Assembly: GCA_012026655.1 (NCBI GenBank)
Contig: JAAILG010001695.1
Span: forward strand, 1-62,936
Reading direction: 5' to 3'
Source: Hydrolagus affinis
Taxonomy: Eukaryota
Length of the DNA: 62,936 bases
Shown: positions 39,300-52,660 of the stretch, in pieces
Numbering within the stretch: the first letter of the stretch is position 1
Layout: each line of letters starts with the position of its first letter
Notes under the pieces: model-generated
Seen by the model: the letters and a program-made list of their open reading frames with translations, nothing else
The model's database searches: none
What the model was told of the DNA's origin: nothing
Program-made: the position numbers and the translations under genes

Positions 39300-39660
39300 A
39301 GTTTGTATGGTTCTATTCATAAAAAACGTTGTACAGCTTCCCACATTCAATTTACTGGGTCACCACCTCAACAATGTCGATGAGTTTGGTCAATCCTTCT
39401 GAGCCCTCACAGGCTGATATTCATTAAGTTCTGTTTATGCATTCTATGCTCTTCATAATGCTTGATGCTTTGAGATGTCTTAATGACCTGATAAGGCACT
39501 ATGTCAAATTATTATTTCATAACTTTACCAATTATTTGAGGTCAGGCTGGTGGTCTATAGTTGCCAGGATTGATTCTGTCACCCTTCTTGAATACGGGAA
39601 CTATATTTGCTTGCTTCAAATCTGTTGGAAATTCACCAGTGTTGTTCGGCTGTCCCCCTC
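39300..39660 (-). mobile_element. CR1 RT N-terminal fragment
   Basis: Minus strand reads FKKGDRINPGNYRP followed by SLT..IIGKVM-like sequence with frameshifts. Confidence 0.65.
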
Positions 39661-40319
39661 ATCATGTATGTTAGTGCTGCAAAAATCTCCTGGGTCAAGA
39701 TCATAAAGTGCTTCATAGGATTTTTACCGTAAAGTGCAGTGACTGTGCATTTTGTAGTGAATGTGGAAGCCAATTTGCGTACATAATATCCCACAACTAG
39801 CCATGAAATGAATGATCATTTTTTAAAAAAAAAACACTAGATGTTTATTGGCAAGGACACTGAGAGAAGATCCCTGTGCATTTGCTTACAATCCATTCAA
39901 TGTTGGGATTCAATGCTATGGATTTCTCACCATAGAGAAAGAGCCTTGAGCAGCCTTTAAGGATGAAAGATGGAAGAATGTCAAGTGTAAGTGACAAAGA
40001 GCCATAGTTTACAGAAATAACATTACTTTATCACAGGCATTCCAAACACGAATCAACATTTTTATCTGTATTGTGAACAGATACAATGGCACATATCAGC
40101 ACTATTTCTGGACTATGGAATCCTCTGCCTCAAAAAACATAGTTAAATTAAAGCACTCTGAGACGCTTTATAAAGCAGAGGGCGCTATATAAATTGTTGT
40201 TGTTAAATTAAAGCAGAAGTGAGAAATTCATCTAAAATGGGATTAGATGGTGGAAGAAGAATTTTTTTTACAAAAAGGGAAAAGTAAATGATGTAGGGAA
40301 ACAAGTTGGAGAGTGGGCT

Positions 40320-41230
40320 TAGAGCATAGGAACACAGGAATTGCTGGATGAAAAGCACCAAAGGTCCATCTAGTTTGCCTTCTACCACCTGGTAGTCGCC
40401 TACTGCAATAATAATGGACTTCTTGACTAATCCTGGCAATCAATCTCTATCGATTAAGTCCACAACAGACACAGGCATGTGGTGAGAAAAACACTGCAGC
40501 GCTGAAAAGCTTTGGGTACCATAGATCAAAAGTTGCCTGTTTCTCCTGAGCACACTAGACTTGCCATGTCTTAAATTACTCATATACTGTATCCCAAAAT
40601 ATTATGTTCTGAACGAAATTATCTAATTTGCATTTGAATGAATCACCAATTTCTACTTTCACCCTCTCCCAAGGGAGCCTGGTCCATAAATTTACCACTC
40701 ACTCAAATAATTTTGAAAACAGCAGATTTGTTTTCAATTTACCCTCCCCCCTTGAAGTGCAGGCCATGTCCTCAGGTTCTACTATTCTGGTCAAGATGAA
40801 TGGATTGTAAGATGATAGGCTGTCATGGTCCACATTATCCAGTCCCATTAGAATCTTAAAAACAACGATCATATCACATCTCAGCCTTTTCTGTTCCAGC
40901 GTGAAAATGCCCAATTTACCTGATCGCTGTACCCTCTCAATCACTGCAATATCCCTCCCATACTGCAGCAACCAGAACTGTACACAGTACTCCAAGTATG
41001 GTCCCACCAACGATTTATAAACTGGAAGGATTACCCCACTATTTAGACTCAACAGTGACCTTTAAATATATCCCAGCATCTGATTTGCTTTACTCACAGC
41101 GGCTGAGTATTGTTTCCATAGCTTCAATTTGATGTCAATCGGGACCCCCCAGATGTTTTTTTTTCATTTTCCACACAGATTGTTTTCTTCCCATTTAAAT
41201 AATAGTCCCTTTCTGTATTTTTTGTCCCAA
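40320..41230 (-). mobile_element. CR1 LINE 3' fragment
   Basis: YKSLVGPYLEYCVQFW...IERVQR...LGIFTLEQKRLRCDMIVVFKIL. Confidence 0.85.
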
Positions 41231-42689
41231 TCATTTGGAAAATGCAAAGTGATTTACATGGTTCATATTCTCCTGGAATAGGTGGCTCATTGTGGTGAAA
41301 AACACCAGTGTAGATTCGATGGGCTGAATGGTCCATTGTAACATTCTAATCTGTGAGGAACTGGACAACACAGTTGTGATGAGATCCACAGTATAATAAG
41401 ACAATGTAGAATCTTAATTCTCTTCCATCGATTGCGATAGGTGGCCATTTTAAATGAAGCCTTGGTAAAAGAAACATCACTAAGTATCAAGGACCCATGG
41501 GTGCCTAGGTCAGGACAGCTCACCAGTACAGATAGGCCTGAATTCCTTTTTATATTTTTATGCCTGCGGCTATCTCATTCAGTTCAGTTAATGATGAGCC
41601 AAATGCGAAACATAACCCCAGGAGCCAGCACAAGTCAGTTCATTTTCCGAGCTGGCTGTCAGTATTGTTTGTTGATTTATAGCCCAAACCAACGGGATAT
41701 TCACATCATGGGCTTGTAACAGATGGATACAGTCCTCTAGCTTGAAGACACCAGGGAACTCCAACAGAAAACAATGGGTTCGTTTAACTCTGAAGTCTGG
41801 TCAGACAGCAGCCTTGCTATCTATCATGTTAGTCTAGCTTTGTTCATACTTAAAAATCGCAATCCATTCAAATCTACAGCGACTAACTCAGGATGATACA
41901 AAGCCAAAGGTTTGCCTGTATTCCTGCTTGATGGGATGCTTTAGTCCTCTGAGTACAAATGGCAGAGGTTGGATGCCGTTTGTTATATTGTGATTGGATA
42001 AGAGCATGAATGTGAACTCTGTATTGGACCATGAGAGCTGGTGATTGGACAAGCCTCTCGAGGTCTGGAGTGTATAATATAGGAACAGGATCTTCAGTTC
42101 AAGCCTTGGACTTAAAGTAGGTAACAGAACCCTAACATTTCTCTTCATCTTAGACTGAAGGCAAAATCATGTTGAGATGTTCTCCAAAGATGGAAGGTTT
42201 TATATTTTGGTAAATTGTACTGACTTCAAATTGATGATTGGCCGAATTTTGGAAAACTCTTATATTTAATTCATCTTTTCTGCAGTTCTTTAAAAGAATC
42301 AACCTTCCAAATGAAGACTAGGAATTTACTCTCCCTAAAGGGGCTTCTGGCATTAGTAGCTAAATGGGAATAAACAAGAAATAGTTAGGGTATTGAACAT
42401 CCAGTTCCTGGAGACTTTTACCATGGAGGTCACTAAAAATATGCCCCAACATCTGCCAACATTGCTTGAGCTCAAAGACTTTGATATAATTGAGACTGAT
42501 ATTTATGTTACAGGGATAATAGGAGATTCGAAGAGGAAAAGCAAACTTATTAGAGGCAGATTTAGCAAGGAAAGAAATGTGGAAATTGGAGATTAGAGGA
42601 GATCAGGATTACTGATTTATATTAATCGGTAATTAAGTGACTAATTAGAAGCATATCATTTTCAGTGACTAATTATATCATTGTAAATT

Positions 42690-42987
42690 GGCGTCCTGTA
42701 GCTCAGTCTTTACAGCATTAGCCTCTCAAGCGAGAGACCTGGGTTTGATTCCCGGCAGGGCAAAATCTTGGGCAAGTTTCCTTACTCCACACACTTTGTA
42801 ATAATAATCTCTTAAGAGAAAACAAACAAAAATAAATTGGATATTTCAATCCACGACTGTTTGTGGGCAATTGCTGCCGCATTTTGCCCAAAAATATAGT
42901 CAATTGACTTAACAGTATATTCTGGGAAGCGCTTTCAGACATCTCAAAGACGTGAAATTTGCTATATCAACTGAAAGGATTATTATT
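42690..42987 (+). mobile_element. tRNA-derived SINE, full-length
   Basis: ggcgtcctgtagctcagt...gggtttgattcccggcagggc head; tail aaggattattatt. Confidence 0.85.
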
Positions 42988-43390
42988 CTAGATGCCTTGA
43001 ATACAGAATGTCAACGACAGGAATATTCCAATCCGTCCAATCCCATTTATCTGTCTTTTCCTCATATGCCTGAAAGTGTACTGATTTATATTGGAGTGTC
43101 ATCATCCTATCATTTCATCCTAAGGTCATATAATTGTCACTGTGTTATTCTCCTATATGCTATCAAATCTTTCAGGAAATAAATCGGCTGCTTCCCACTG
43201 GACGAGAGGCCTGGAATTCTGGGGTGAGCCACACCGAGCCATTGCCCTGAGCCGGGAGCGGGCGGGTGGACTGCCGGGCTGTGTGGGTTGGGAAGATGAC
43301 TCTAGGAAGCCGTGGCTTGTTTATTCTCGGAGGCTGGTGTTTGTCTGAACAGCTGCCTCCTCTCCAGCTTCGCATTAGCCTTCTCAGTCT

Positions 43391-43404
43391 GTTGCCATGG
43401 TAAC
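43391..43404. promoter_or_regulatory. RFX X-box
   Basis: GTTGCCATGGTAAC, a near-perfect palindrome matching GTTRCCATGGYAAC, next to a GC/CpG-richer patch (43190-43400). Confidence 0.55.
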
Positions 43405-43699
43405 TTTCACTGCATTGCACCAGATTCCCTACAGTTAGAGGTCTGAGGAGAGACGCACTGTGTGTACCTCACAGAGCTCACGTTGTATCCCAGACCACCA
43501 CCACAACAACAGTTTGCATTTATATAGAGGCCAAGGGTAGAGCCCTGGAACGCTTCACAGCAATGAATCTGACAACAAGCCAAGGGGATCAAGTAAGCAC
43601 GATCAAGCTCCTCCAATGAAACAATCCATTCTAATACTATTTTCTTCCTCTTTCCTGGTAACGTCTTATACACTTGCTCTACAGATGCATAACAATCAT

Positions 43700-44000
43700 A
43701 ATAAGAAGAATGCTTGCATTTGATAGATCGCTTTTCACATTTTCTAGACGTCTCAAAGCACTTCACTGAATATACTGTAAAGTGAATTGACTGTATACTT
43801 GTGGCCAAACACAGCAGCCAATTGCGCACATCAGTGTCCCACAAACAATCATGGATTCAATGACCAAATTTTTTTTTTTTAAGGATTATTATTAGGTTTG
43901 TGGAGTAAGGAAACTGGCCCAAGATTTCATCCTGCCTGGCATCGAACCCAGGTCTCTCGCCTGCAAGGCAAGTGTTCTCTCCACTGAGCTACAGGGCTCC
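43700..44000 (-). mobile_element. tRNA-derived SINE, full-length (short subfamily)
   Basis: Head ggagccctgtagctcagtgg...gggttcgatgcc on the minus strand. Confidence 0.85.
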
Positions 44001-44100
44001 ACGTCTCCATGAATCTCTAATTCCATTTTAGATGACCCCAATCAACTGCCAAGGAGCTCTGCAGTCGTCCAAGGGACACAGTGCTCCAGATCGCACATGG

Positions 44101-44415
44101 ATAATAATAATTCTTGCATTTGATATAGAGCCTTATTACATTATTGAGTTGTCTCAAAACACTCCACAAAATATATTTTAAAGTGGATCGACTGTGTATT
44201 TTGTGGCCATAATGCAGCCAATTGCACGCAGCAATGTTCTACAAACAATAATGGATTGAAGATCAAATGTTTGGGTGGAGAGATTATAACCACTGGAAAG
44301 TAATCAACCATTTGACTAACAACCAGATTCCTACTTACTGCTAGGTAAACAGAGATGTGAAAATTAAGGAAACTTTTTCTAAACTTTTGCCCTGCTCAGG
44401 AATCAAACCTAGGTG
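44101..44415 (-). mobile_element. tRNA-SINE (long subfamily)
   Basis: Tail, body, cctacttactgctaggtaaacagag segment. Confidence 0.75.
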
Positions 44416-44929
44416 CTGATCATCAATCGGATTTGTAGGTGTAGAGATGTATCCAAATCCTAGCAGGCAGGACTGTCCCGGTTGGACTTGTAACAGTGCT
44501 TTTGCAGCAGCAGGTTCAAGACATACCATAACTAATATAACTATCAAAAGACCAGTTTAATTTACTGTAATGAAGAGTCCTGTGTGAGACAGGCTCCATT
44601 GAATAACTAACTGGGTTCAAGCTGTGCCATATGCCTAAGCAAGTCAGGAAACGAGAAGCAGAACACAGTGTTCCATTGTACCTGTCCTACCCCTTCACCA
44701 ATTCATGACAAATATTTTAGACCAATTTTCCCCACCTGTTCTCGGTAGCTCGTGATTTCCCATTATCTACAGTATCTAGCTGCCTTTTAAACATCCCCAT
44801 TGATTCTGCCTCTACGGCTTTCAGGGGTAGTGCATTCCACATTTGAACAAAACTGCTGTGTCACAAAACATGTCTGATCTCAACTCTGACTATCGTCTTT
44901 GAGATGTCTCAACAATGTGATGATCATAA

Positions 44930-45208
44930 TAATAATGAGAATAATAATCCCTGCATTTGATAGCAAAGCGCTTCACAAAATATACTGTAAAGTCAATTGA
45001 CTGTACATATTTGTGGGAGACACATTTGAGGGATTATTATCCCCTAAAAGCAATCCCCAATCAACTAACAATCGAGTTCCTACTGACTGCTAGGTAAACA
45101 AAGGCATGTGGAGTAAGGAAATTTGCCGAATATTTTGTCCTGTCGGGAATAGAACCCAGGTCTCTCGTTTGCGAGGCAACAGTTCTAACCACTGAGCTAC
45201 AGGAATCC
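44930..45208 (-). mobile_element. tRNA-SINE (long subfamily)
   Basis: Complete head (ctgtagctcagtggttagaac) plus internal segment. Confidence 0.8.
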
Positions 45209-48200
45209 CAGGGGGGAAATATCAACTGCAAGGATTATTATTATTATATGAATATTATTATAACTGCTTTAGCAGTGAATTTTAAGATTGGTTCCCTTGT
45301 TTTAGATCCTTTAGCAGAGGAAAGGGTTTTCTAATATCCAGCTTCCAAATTCCCTTCATTACTTTGATCTGGCAGATCAATAGTTTCATGTTTTCGGGTC
45401 TTAGGAACAATGTGGTTTGTGATCAGGTAACAGCACAGAGTGTGATTGGACCATAGCCCTTCGTAATCAGTGCAGCTCAGTATCACACAACATAGTGTAT
45501 TTTGCCCAATGTGCTAATTTACTCATCAAGTGCATGAATTATCAAGTTAATTCCCATGTTTCCCCCGACCCTTCCACAAGGCAGCTAATGTTGAGAACTT
45601 ACCATGTGGGGCAATCATAGGTGCGAGCCAGTGTCCCACAACGCCTTGACATAGCACGGCAGATATAGTCTTGGGACCTGTAAAAAGAATGAACAAATGT
45701 CATGGTTATTCCAAGGGCTATGATGACTAGTTTTGTGTATGTCATGTGATGGACGCTACTGGGACATGCTCACTGTGGGACGATGTCATGAGGATCAACA
45801 AGCCACGTATTCAATGTTTCAGAGACTAAGCTGATAACGAGCCCGCAATGCATGGAGGAAACACATCTTGCACTAGTGCAGTGAAGGACACTGAGCAATC
45901 TATGCCAACAGAACTCCAGATTGTTGATGAGTGTCAGAGGCAAATATAAGTTGTTTGGCATCCATACTGCCAGCCCTCAATGTGTAGTTGATTTCCAAGA
46001 AAGACAATGCATCGAAACATAGACATTCTCAGTAATGAAGGGGCCCATTTAGCCCATTGATTTTTTGCTGTTGTCAGCTGGGCGTCTGACACCAACGGAA
46101 GCCCATTATCGTACTTAAGAGTATCCTGCCCAAACAGAATTCCATGCATCTCACCAATACGTGGAAATCCCAGAGACAGATTGTTGGAATGGAATGCCAC
46201 TCTCTCCATGGAAGGAAGCATCCTGTTTACCCAATTCCAGAGAGTATTATGTGCAAGACCAGAGCTAAGGCTCGGTGATCCAAGACTGTGTGTTGGGGTA
46301 ACTGCTGGAATCCAACCAGCTAAAACCACACAGCTTGCCATTGATTGCTTTCCCATTACTTGTCCAGCCAACCTACCCTTTGACTCATTGAGTCTGTGCC
46401 AATGTAGACCTATGTATGGCGGGTGAGGTGTGAAGCCAGCACACAGGATTTTCCAATTGCTGATGAGGAATCTTCTGACTCTTTCAGATGGTGACTGATG
46501 TTAAATTGATGCCCTCTCGTTACTCACTCACTGACCGCTGCATTTCGCCCACAAATACACAGTCAGCTTTCCTGCTTTCCTTCTCCCTACCCAGATCCCT
46601 TCCCTTGCCAACTTTCCACCCCCTTTTTCCCTAAATCCCACTTCCATGACTGTTTGTGGGACACTGCTGTGCACAATTTGGCTGCCGCGTTTCGCCCACA
46701 AATATACAGTCAATTTTCCTACTCCCCTTCACCCTGCCCTGACCCCTCCCTAATACTCTTGTCCCTACCCAAGTGTACAGCGCCTTGGGACATCCTCTCA
46801 ACGTGAAAGGCACTATATAAATGTAAGTTTTGATTGATTGATTGACCTTACTAGAATAATAAAAATTACATTTGTATAACGCCTTTCACATCAAGAGGAC
46901 GTCCCAAGGCTCAGACCCTGAGAGATTACCACAAAGGCAAATGGAGGAGAGACTATCTCCATTGGTCGGTGAGTGAGTAACGAGAGGGCATCAATTTAAC
47001 ATCACCAAGGAAAAACAGAAGAAAAGGTTGTGCGGATTGTTCTGCACAGGGGATTAGTAAATGGAATGTATTAGTTGCAGCAGAATTCAAAATAACTGTT
47101 AGAAGAAAATTAGACAAACGTTTGGAAAGGAGAAACATACAGTATTCAACAAAAAGTCACGGGAAAAAGCAAATGAGTGGAACTAAACGGTTAGCACGTA
47201 CAGAGAGCCAACAACAGGCATGATGGGCCAAATGGCCTCTATCTTTGCTGTCATATTCTATGATTCAAAGATTCTATGATTGTTTGATGCATTGAGGATT
47301 TTCAGTGATTCTGTTCAGTTTCAAGTCCAGACATTTGCAGTTTTCTTTTCCTTTCCAGAAAGCGTTTTTCAAAAGGCTGAATATTTCATGTCAGTGAGTT
47401 GCTATTTTCAGTGTTCCCTTGCTGTTTGAACATAGAGGCTTGCGGGCACCGAGGTCACACCTCATATAATAATAATACTCCTTGCATTTGATATGGCGGT
47501 TTTCACGTCTTCTAGACGTCTCAAAGCGCTTCAAAGTGAATTGACTGTATATTTGCTGACGAAACACATATCACATGACCCATCCTGTGGATTGCATTAT
47601 AGTTGAGAGTTTTTATAAAGTGGGAGATCTTTCTGCTGACAAATGGAGATATGTCCCACTCAGGGATTTGGTTTCACTGACCAGCATTCCTGCGCCAGCC
47701 AGTGTATGGTGTTGGATAATTGTTTGGTCAAGCAGATGTCTGACACATACAGAAATCCATTGCTCTTGTTAACAGCATCCACCTGTAATACGGACATGTA
47801 ACTTTATCTGGAATAGAGAATGCACCTTCTCCTAAAAGGGACCAGAATGCATTAGGCGAAGATTGGAAAAAACCTAGGGAAGAGTTAGATTATAGAATAA
47901 CACTCCCCCTACACCGACCTAATCAGCAGTCCCAGGTCAGACTAGCATGGGTTTGGAACCGAGTAAATCCCTTCTGCACTAACTCATTGAGCTTTATGGT
48001 CTGTCTGAGTGTGAAATTAGTGCTGAAATACCCTCACAAACAGATGCAATCAACCTGGCAATTAGAGTTTTAGATTATAGGTTTGAGCATGTCTACATAG
48101 GCTGCAAACTGGCTGCTGCATTCGCCCCAAACACATAGTCATTCCACTTTACATTGTGTCCTGTGAAACACTGTAAGACATCCTGTGGATGTGAAAGGTG

Positions 48201-48651
48201 CTGCAACAAATGGGAGGATTCTTACTCTTATATCTTTTGGTGTTCTTTTGGATGACTGAAGATCTTGTCAAAAACCCATTTCAGCCTCAGGAAAAGGCTG
48301 TTTCCCTTCCACTTTGGAGAATATGTTTTAAGACACAATGCTCATGCTAGTGACTTTGAAAGGAATGTACTACAGAGGAGGTTTTGTGGGCACCGCATTT
48401 AACGTTGAACCCAGAATCTCCCATTCCCAAGTCCGGATTTATCTGATTGATCAAAATTTGGCGAATTAAACCTCTTGAGCTTTCCAGGCCTTGTCAAATA
48501 TGGGTGACAAACAGAGGAGACTGTCAGCTGTTTTCCTGGCTTTCATTATCTGAAGTGCCGGAGGGATAAAGTGGAGCTGCCAGGTTAGAGCCTGTGACGC
48601 TAACTTTAAAATCCTTTGTTGGACTTAGCTAAGCAAGCTCTGCACTGACAG

Positions 48652-48885
48652 TAATAATAATCCTTGCATTTGATGTAGTGCTTTATCACGTCCTCTAGAC
48701 GTCTCTAGACGTCTCTAGGGATTATTATCCCTAAAAAATCAATCCGCCATCAACTGACAACCGAGTTCCTACTTACTGCTTGGTAAACAGAGGAGTGTGG
48801 AGTAAGGAAACTTGCTGTGCCGGGAATAAAACCCAGGTGACTCGCTGGGGAGGCAAGTGCCCCAATCACTGAGCTCCAGGACCCA
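48652..48885 (-). mobile_element. tRNA-SINE deletion derivative
   Basis: Body replaced by a tandem (ctctagacgt)n at the deletion junction; head intact. Confidence 0.75.
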
Positions 48886-49339
48886 GGACTGTATGTTAAT
48901 GATACCATACAGCTACAGAAATCAGGCACAACAACAAATCACATTTGTATAGTGTCTTTCACGTCAGCAGAATGTCCCAAACAGCTGGACAGTCAGGGAA
49001 CCACACCTGAGCAGGAGAACATTTGACCTACTGTGTGAGTTGCTGGCATTTGATCCTCCATTCTCCTGTACCCTACTCTTTCCCGATACCCTCCAATACC
49101 CTCTCCCTGCAGATGCCTATTGAATTTCCTTTGAAAATGCCCCCGTTCGACTCTGGTCCAGCAGCCAGCACTGGCAGATCATTCCAAGCACTGACAATTT
49201 CTGAGAAGAGTAGGTAATCCTAATGTCCTCTTCTAAAGCCCCAGCTATAATCGTAAAGTCAAGCCTTCTTATCCCCAATTCACCCATCAATGGAAATAGT
49301 TCCTTGTCATTACTCTCTCAAAACCTTTCATTATCTTCA

Positions 49340-49520
49340 ACAATTCTTACAGCTTTTAAAAGAGAATTAGATCTTTATTTAAGAAGAACAGGTCTGTTGG
49401 GTTATGGGGAGAGAGCGGGGCAGTGGGATTGAGTTGCCCTTTTCAAAGAGCCGGCACAGACTAGATGGGCCGAATGGCCTCCTTTTGTGCCATAAAATTC
49501 TATGATTCTATGATTCTATG
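49340..49520 (+). mobile_element. CR1 3' tail with (attctatg)n terminal repeat
   Basis: gatgggccgaatggcctccttttgtgcc...attctatgattctatgattctatg; related tails at 32030-32205 (+), 47030-47280 (+), 15940-16150 (-), 22300-22370 (-) and 5540-5700 (-). Confidence 0.8.
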
Positions 49521-49954
49521 AATTCTGTGAATCACTCCTCAACCTTCTGTGCTCCAATGTAAAGAGTCTTAAACACTCCACTGGTACTTCGCCGTCAAAA
49601 CCACCTCATGATTAGACTAATCCCTTTGTAAAATGCTGAAAAGGCAGAACTGCAGTTAGTGATACATAGAGTCTATTTTGTACTCTGAATGAATATTGGA
49701 AATAAAAGCTGTAGTTGGAAGGCTACAGAAAATGATTTGTTTGTCGCTCGTTAGCAAGAGGTGAGTGGCTGTGAGCTGTGTGAGAGTGGCTGATATGCAG
49801 GAATTAGTAAGCATCATTGTATTTAAAAGCCAACTCGATACATGGGGAAGAAAGGAATAGAGAGATATAGGAGAAGGTGGAGTCCCATATGGAGTATATA
49901 TACCAGCACGGACTAATTGGACTGAATGGCCTGTCTGCGTCCTATAACTTTCTA

Positions 49955-50178
49955 CAATAAAAGCCCGTTTATCCGGCACCCTCAGGACCCGGCCAATGCT
50001 GGTTAAAGCGCCTGCTGGATATTCGCCCGAAAATGCAAAAAAAAGATAATAATAATAAAAAAAATTCAATGCATTTTTCCGGATAAATTCTGGTTAATCG
50101 AATGCGGACCTTGTTTTTGCGATGCCAGTTATACGGAAGGTACAGTTGATCGAGTGCCGGATAAACGGGCTTTTACTG
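49955..50178. mobile_element. MITE of the same family, 224 bp
   Basis: TA|caataaaagcccgtttatccggcac ... gtgccggataaacgggcttttactg|TA. Confidence 0.85.
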
Positions 50179-50564
50179 TATTTAACTTTATGTAGTATCA
50201 ATTTTCCTACCCAATAATGTTTGTTATAATCAGAGAAGTCTGCAGTCACTATGTTACAAGCATAAAGGAGCATTGCTACGCCAGAGAGATAATCTATACC
50301 TGTCACAATATAAAGCTCATCAGTCACTGCAGTGATTTATCAGTCAGGCTGCTGGACAATATCACTGTCTGACCTGAAAGGCAAGCTATCCGTCATTACT
50401 CAACATAATGCATATTAAGCATGGACACAATTTATAGTTTTAGTGACAACGAAATGGTAGATAGTTAGTGTTGAGCATCACAAACTACAGTACCAACACA
50501 CAGCTGCAAGCTCGTCAAGGCAGTCAGGAGAGAAGGTGGAGAGGTTCACCATGCTTTCCTCTCC

Positions 50565-51022
50565 AGCACCAGGCTCTACGACCTTGTCATACCCATTCTC
50601 GACTCTATTGGCTCCCCATCATTCAGAAGATCCAATTCAAGATCCTGGTCCTCACATTCAAAGCCCTCCACAACCTCACCCCACCCTACATCTGTGACCT
50701 TCTAACCCCTTACCAACCTGCCCATCCCCTCCGTTCAAGTGCCTGCTCCACGTACCCCAACCCATCCGCCCCACCATTGGCGGGCGAGCCTTCAGCCACT
50801 CTGCCCCCAACTTCTGGAACTCCATCCCACAGTCCCTCCACCTCGCTTCCTCCCGGGCCTCCTTCAAGAACTGTCTCAAGAACCTCCTCTTTGACCATGC
50901 CTCTTCCCCTCCCCTCCACCCTCCCCAATTCCGATCCCCAGCTCAGGACCGAATCACTGATTGTCCAGTGCCTTGGAACATCCTCCTGACATGAAATGCA
51001 CTATATTGTAATTTTGTGGTTG
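50565..51022 (+). mobile_element. L2-clade LINE 3' end
   Basis: RLYWLPIIQKIQFKILVLTFKALHNLTPPYICDLL...PLRSS plus the L2 tail. Confidence 0.9.
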
Positions 51023-52344
51023 TTTCAAAGGTCAAGTCCAGAAAATAACTCGTACAACAAGAAACCTAATCATGCACTTTAACAAAATCCTCCGCCTTTC
51101 ATGAAGTGCAACTCATTAAAAACTCTGTAACCTTGTACCAAACTCCGCACCCCGATTGTTCCTAGCCCTTGGGATGTCCTCCCAATATGAAAGACGCCAC
51201 ACAAATGTAAGTTGCTGCTGTAGTCGCAGAACAGATTAATTTCAAGATCATCATCTTCACCGACAATCACGTTATAACCAGCCACCCCACCCCCCCCACC
51301 CACTTTACAATCTGCTCACACCACACTCCCCAGCACTGAGCATAACATCGAATAGCTTTGCAGTTGTTGTAGGGTCATTGACGTCTGAAGGGGCTTCACA
51401 GGAATCACGGTAAAATGGTTTTTTGGCAGGTAAGGTAGCCAATTCACGAACAGCAACGTCCCCAAAGCTAGGAAGTGAATATCTATGAGATTTACATGGC
51501 AACATTTTTAATGCAGCCGGACAAGAGAACAAGATGGAATCCTTAATAATTTATCCTCAATAAATAACTTAAAATGTATTCGCAAATAAATTCCCAAGTG
51601 TACTTCACAATTTCACAGATGGTTACTTTCAGTCCCTCAAATGGCATCAGATCAGCCATTTGCAAGGTTAGCACTGATTTGGAGTCAGGATTGATATGAG
51701 CTAAACCGCACATTTATCCACAGAATATATGGAAAGTACTAATAATCATTAATTAGAGGATGTAACAAGTGAGTGGAATGAATATAGATTATACCTCTGT
51801 CACAGTAACCATCTGATGTGTATCCTACTCCACTGTGGTCAACACGTTTGCTTTCACACAAACTCCAACAAGAGCACTGCCTAACAACAATAACTCACTT
51901 ATATAACACCCTCCACACAGGGTAGCATCTCAGAGCACTTATCAGTGTCAGAGCCCGACTCCAAGTTGGGGGTGAGGGAGGGGGCGGGGGGAATGATGAT
52001 TATAATGTACAATGTGTATCAGTCTGGCTTGGTTAACAGCACTTTTGCAATGGGTCATTTGGTTCCAAGGTGATTAAGCACACTGGGATGCTACCCTGTC
52101 TGAAGGGCTCTAAATAACTGCGAGTTCATGTTATTGTAGATCCATTGCCGGAGTTTGAGCTTACTGACAACGTTGACACTCCAGTGCAGCACTGGGCGAG
52201 TCCTGCATTACCGAAGGTGTTGTCTTTCAGACTTGTTATTGAACCGAGGGCTCATCTGCCTATTCAAGTGTATAATGAAGATCCTCCGTTAATATTGAAA
52301 GAGAACGTAATTTTAGCCATTATTTCTACAGCTAATTTGTCCTT

Positions 52345-52660
52345 AGCTTCACAGGATATATTGTAAAGTGGAGTGACTGTGTATTTTTGTGTGCAAAACG
52401 TGGCAGTCAATTGTGCACAACTGTGTCCCACAAACCATCATGAATTGATGACTATAAAGAACATCTCAAAGAACCTCCTTTTTTTTGGAGGGATTATTAA
52501 CCTCAGAAAGCAATCTGCCATTCGAACAACAACAGGGTTCCTACTTACTGCTCGGGAAACAGAGGTATATGATGCAAGGAAACTTGCCTAAGTTTTTGCC
52601 CCAACCGGGAATTGAACCCGGGTCCTCTCGCTTGCGAGCTGAGAGTGCTACACTAAGGTT
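52345..52660 (-). mobile_element. tRNA-SINE (long subfamily)
   Basis: Body, internal segment, head gggttcaattcc. Confidence 0.75.

Noticed and set aside
50468-50989. Longest ORF in the track (173 aa) as a novel gene
   Set aside because: It is the L2 ORF2 C-terminus reading into its 3'UTR
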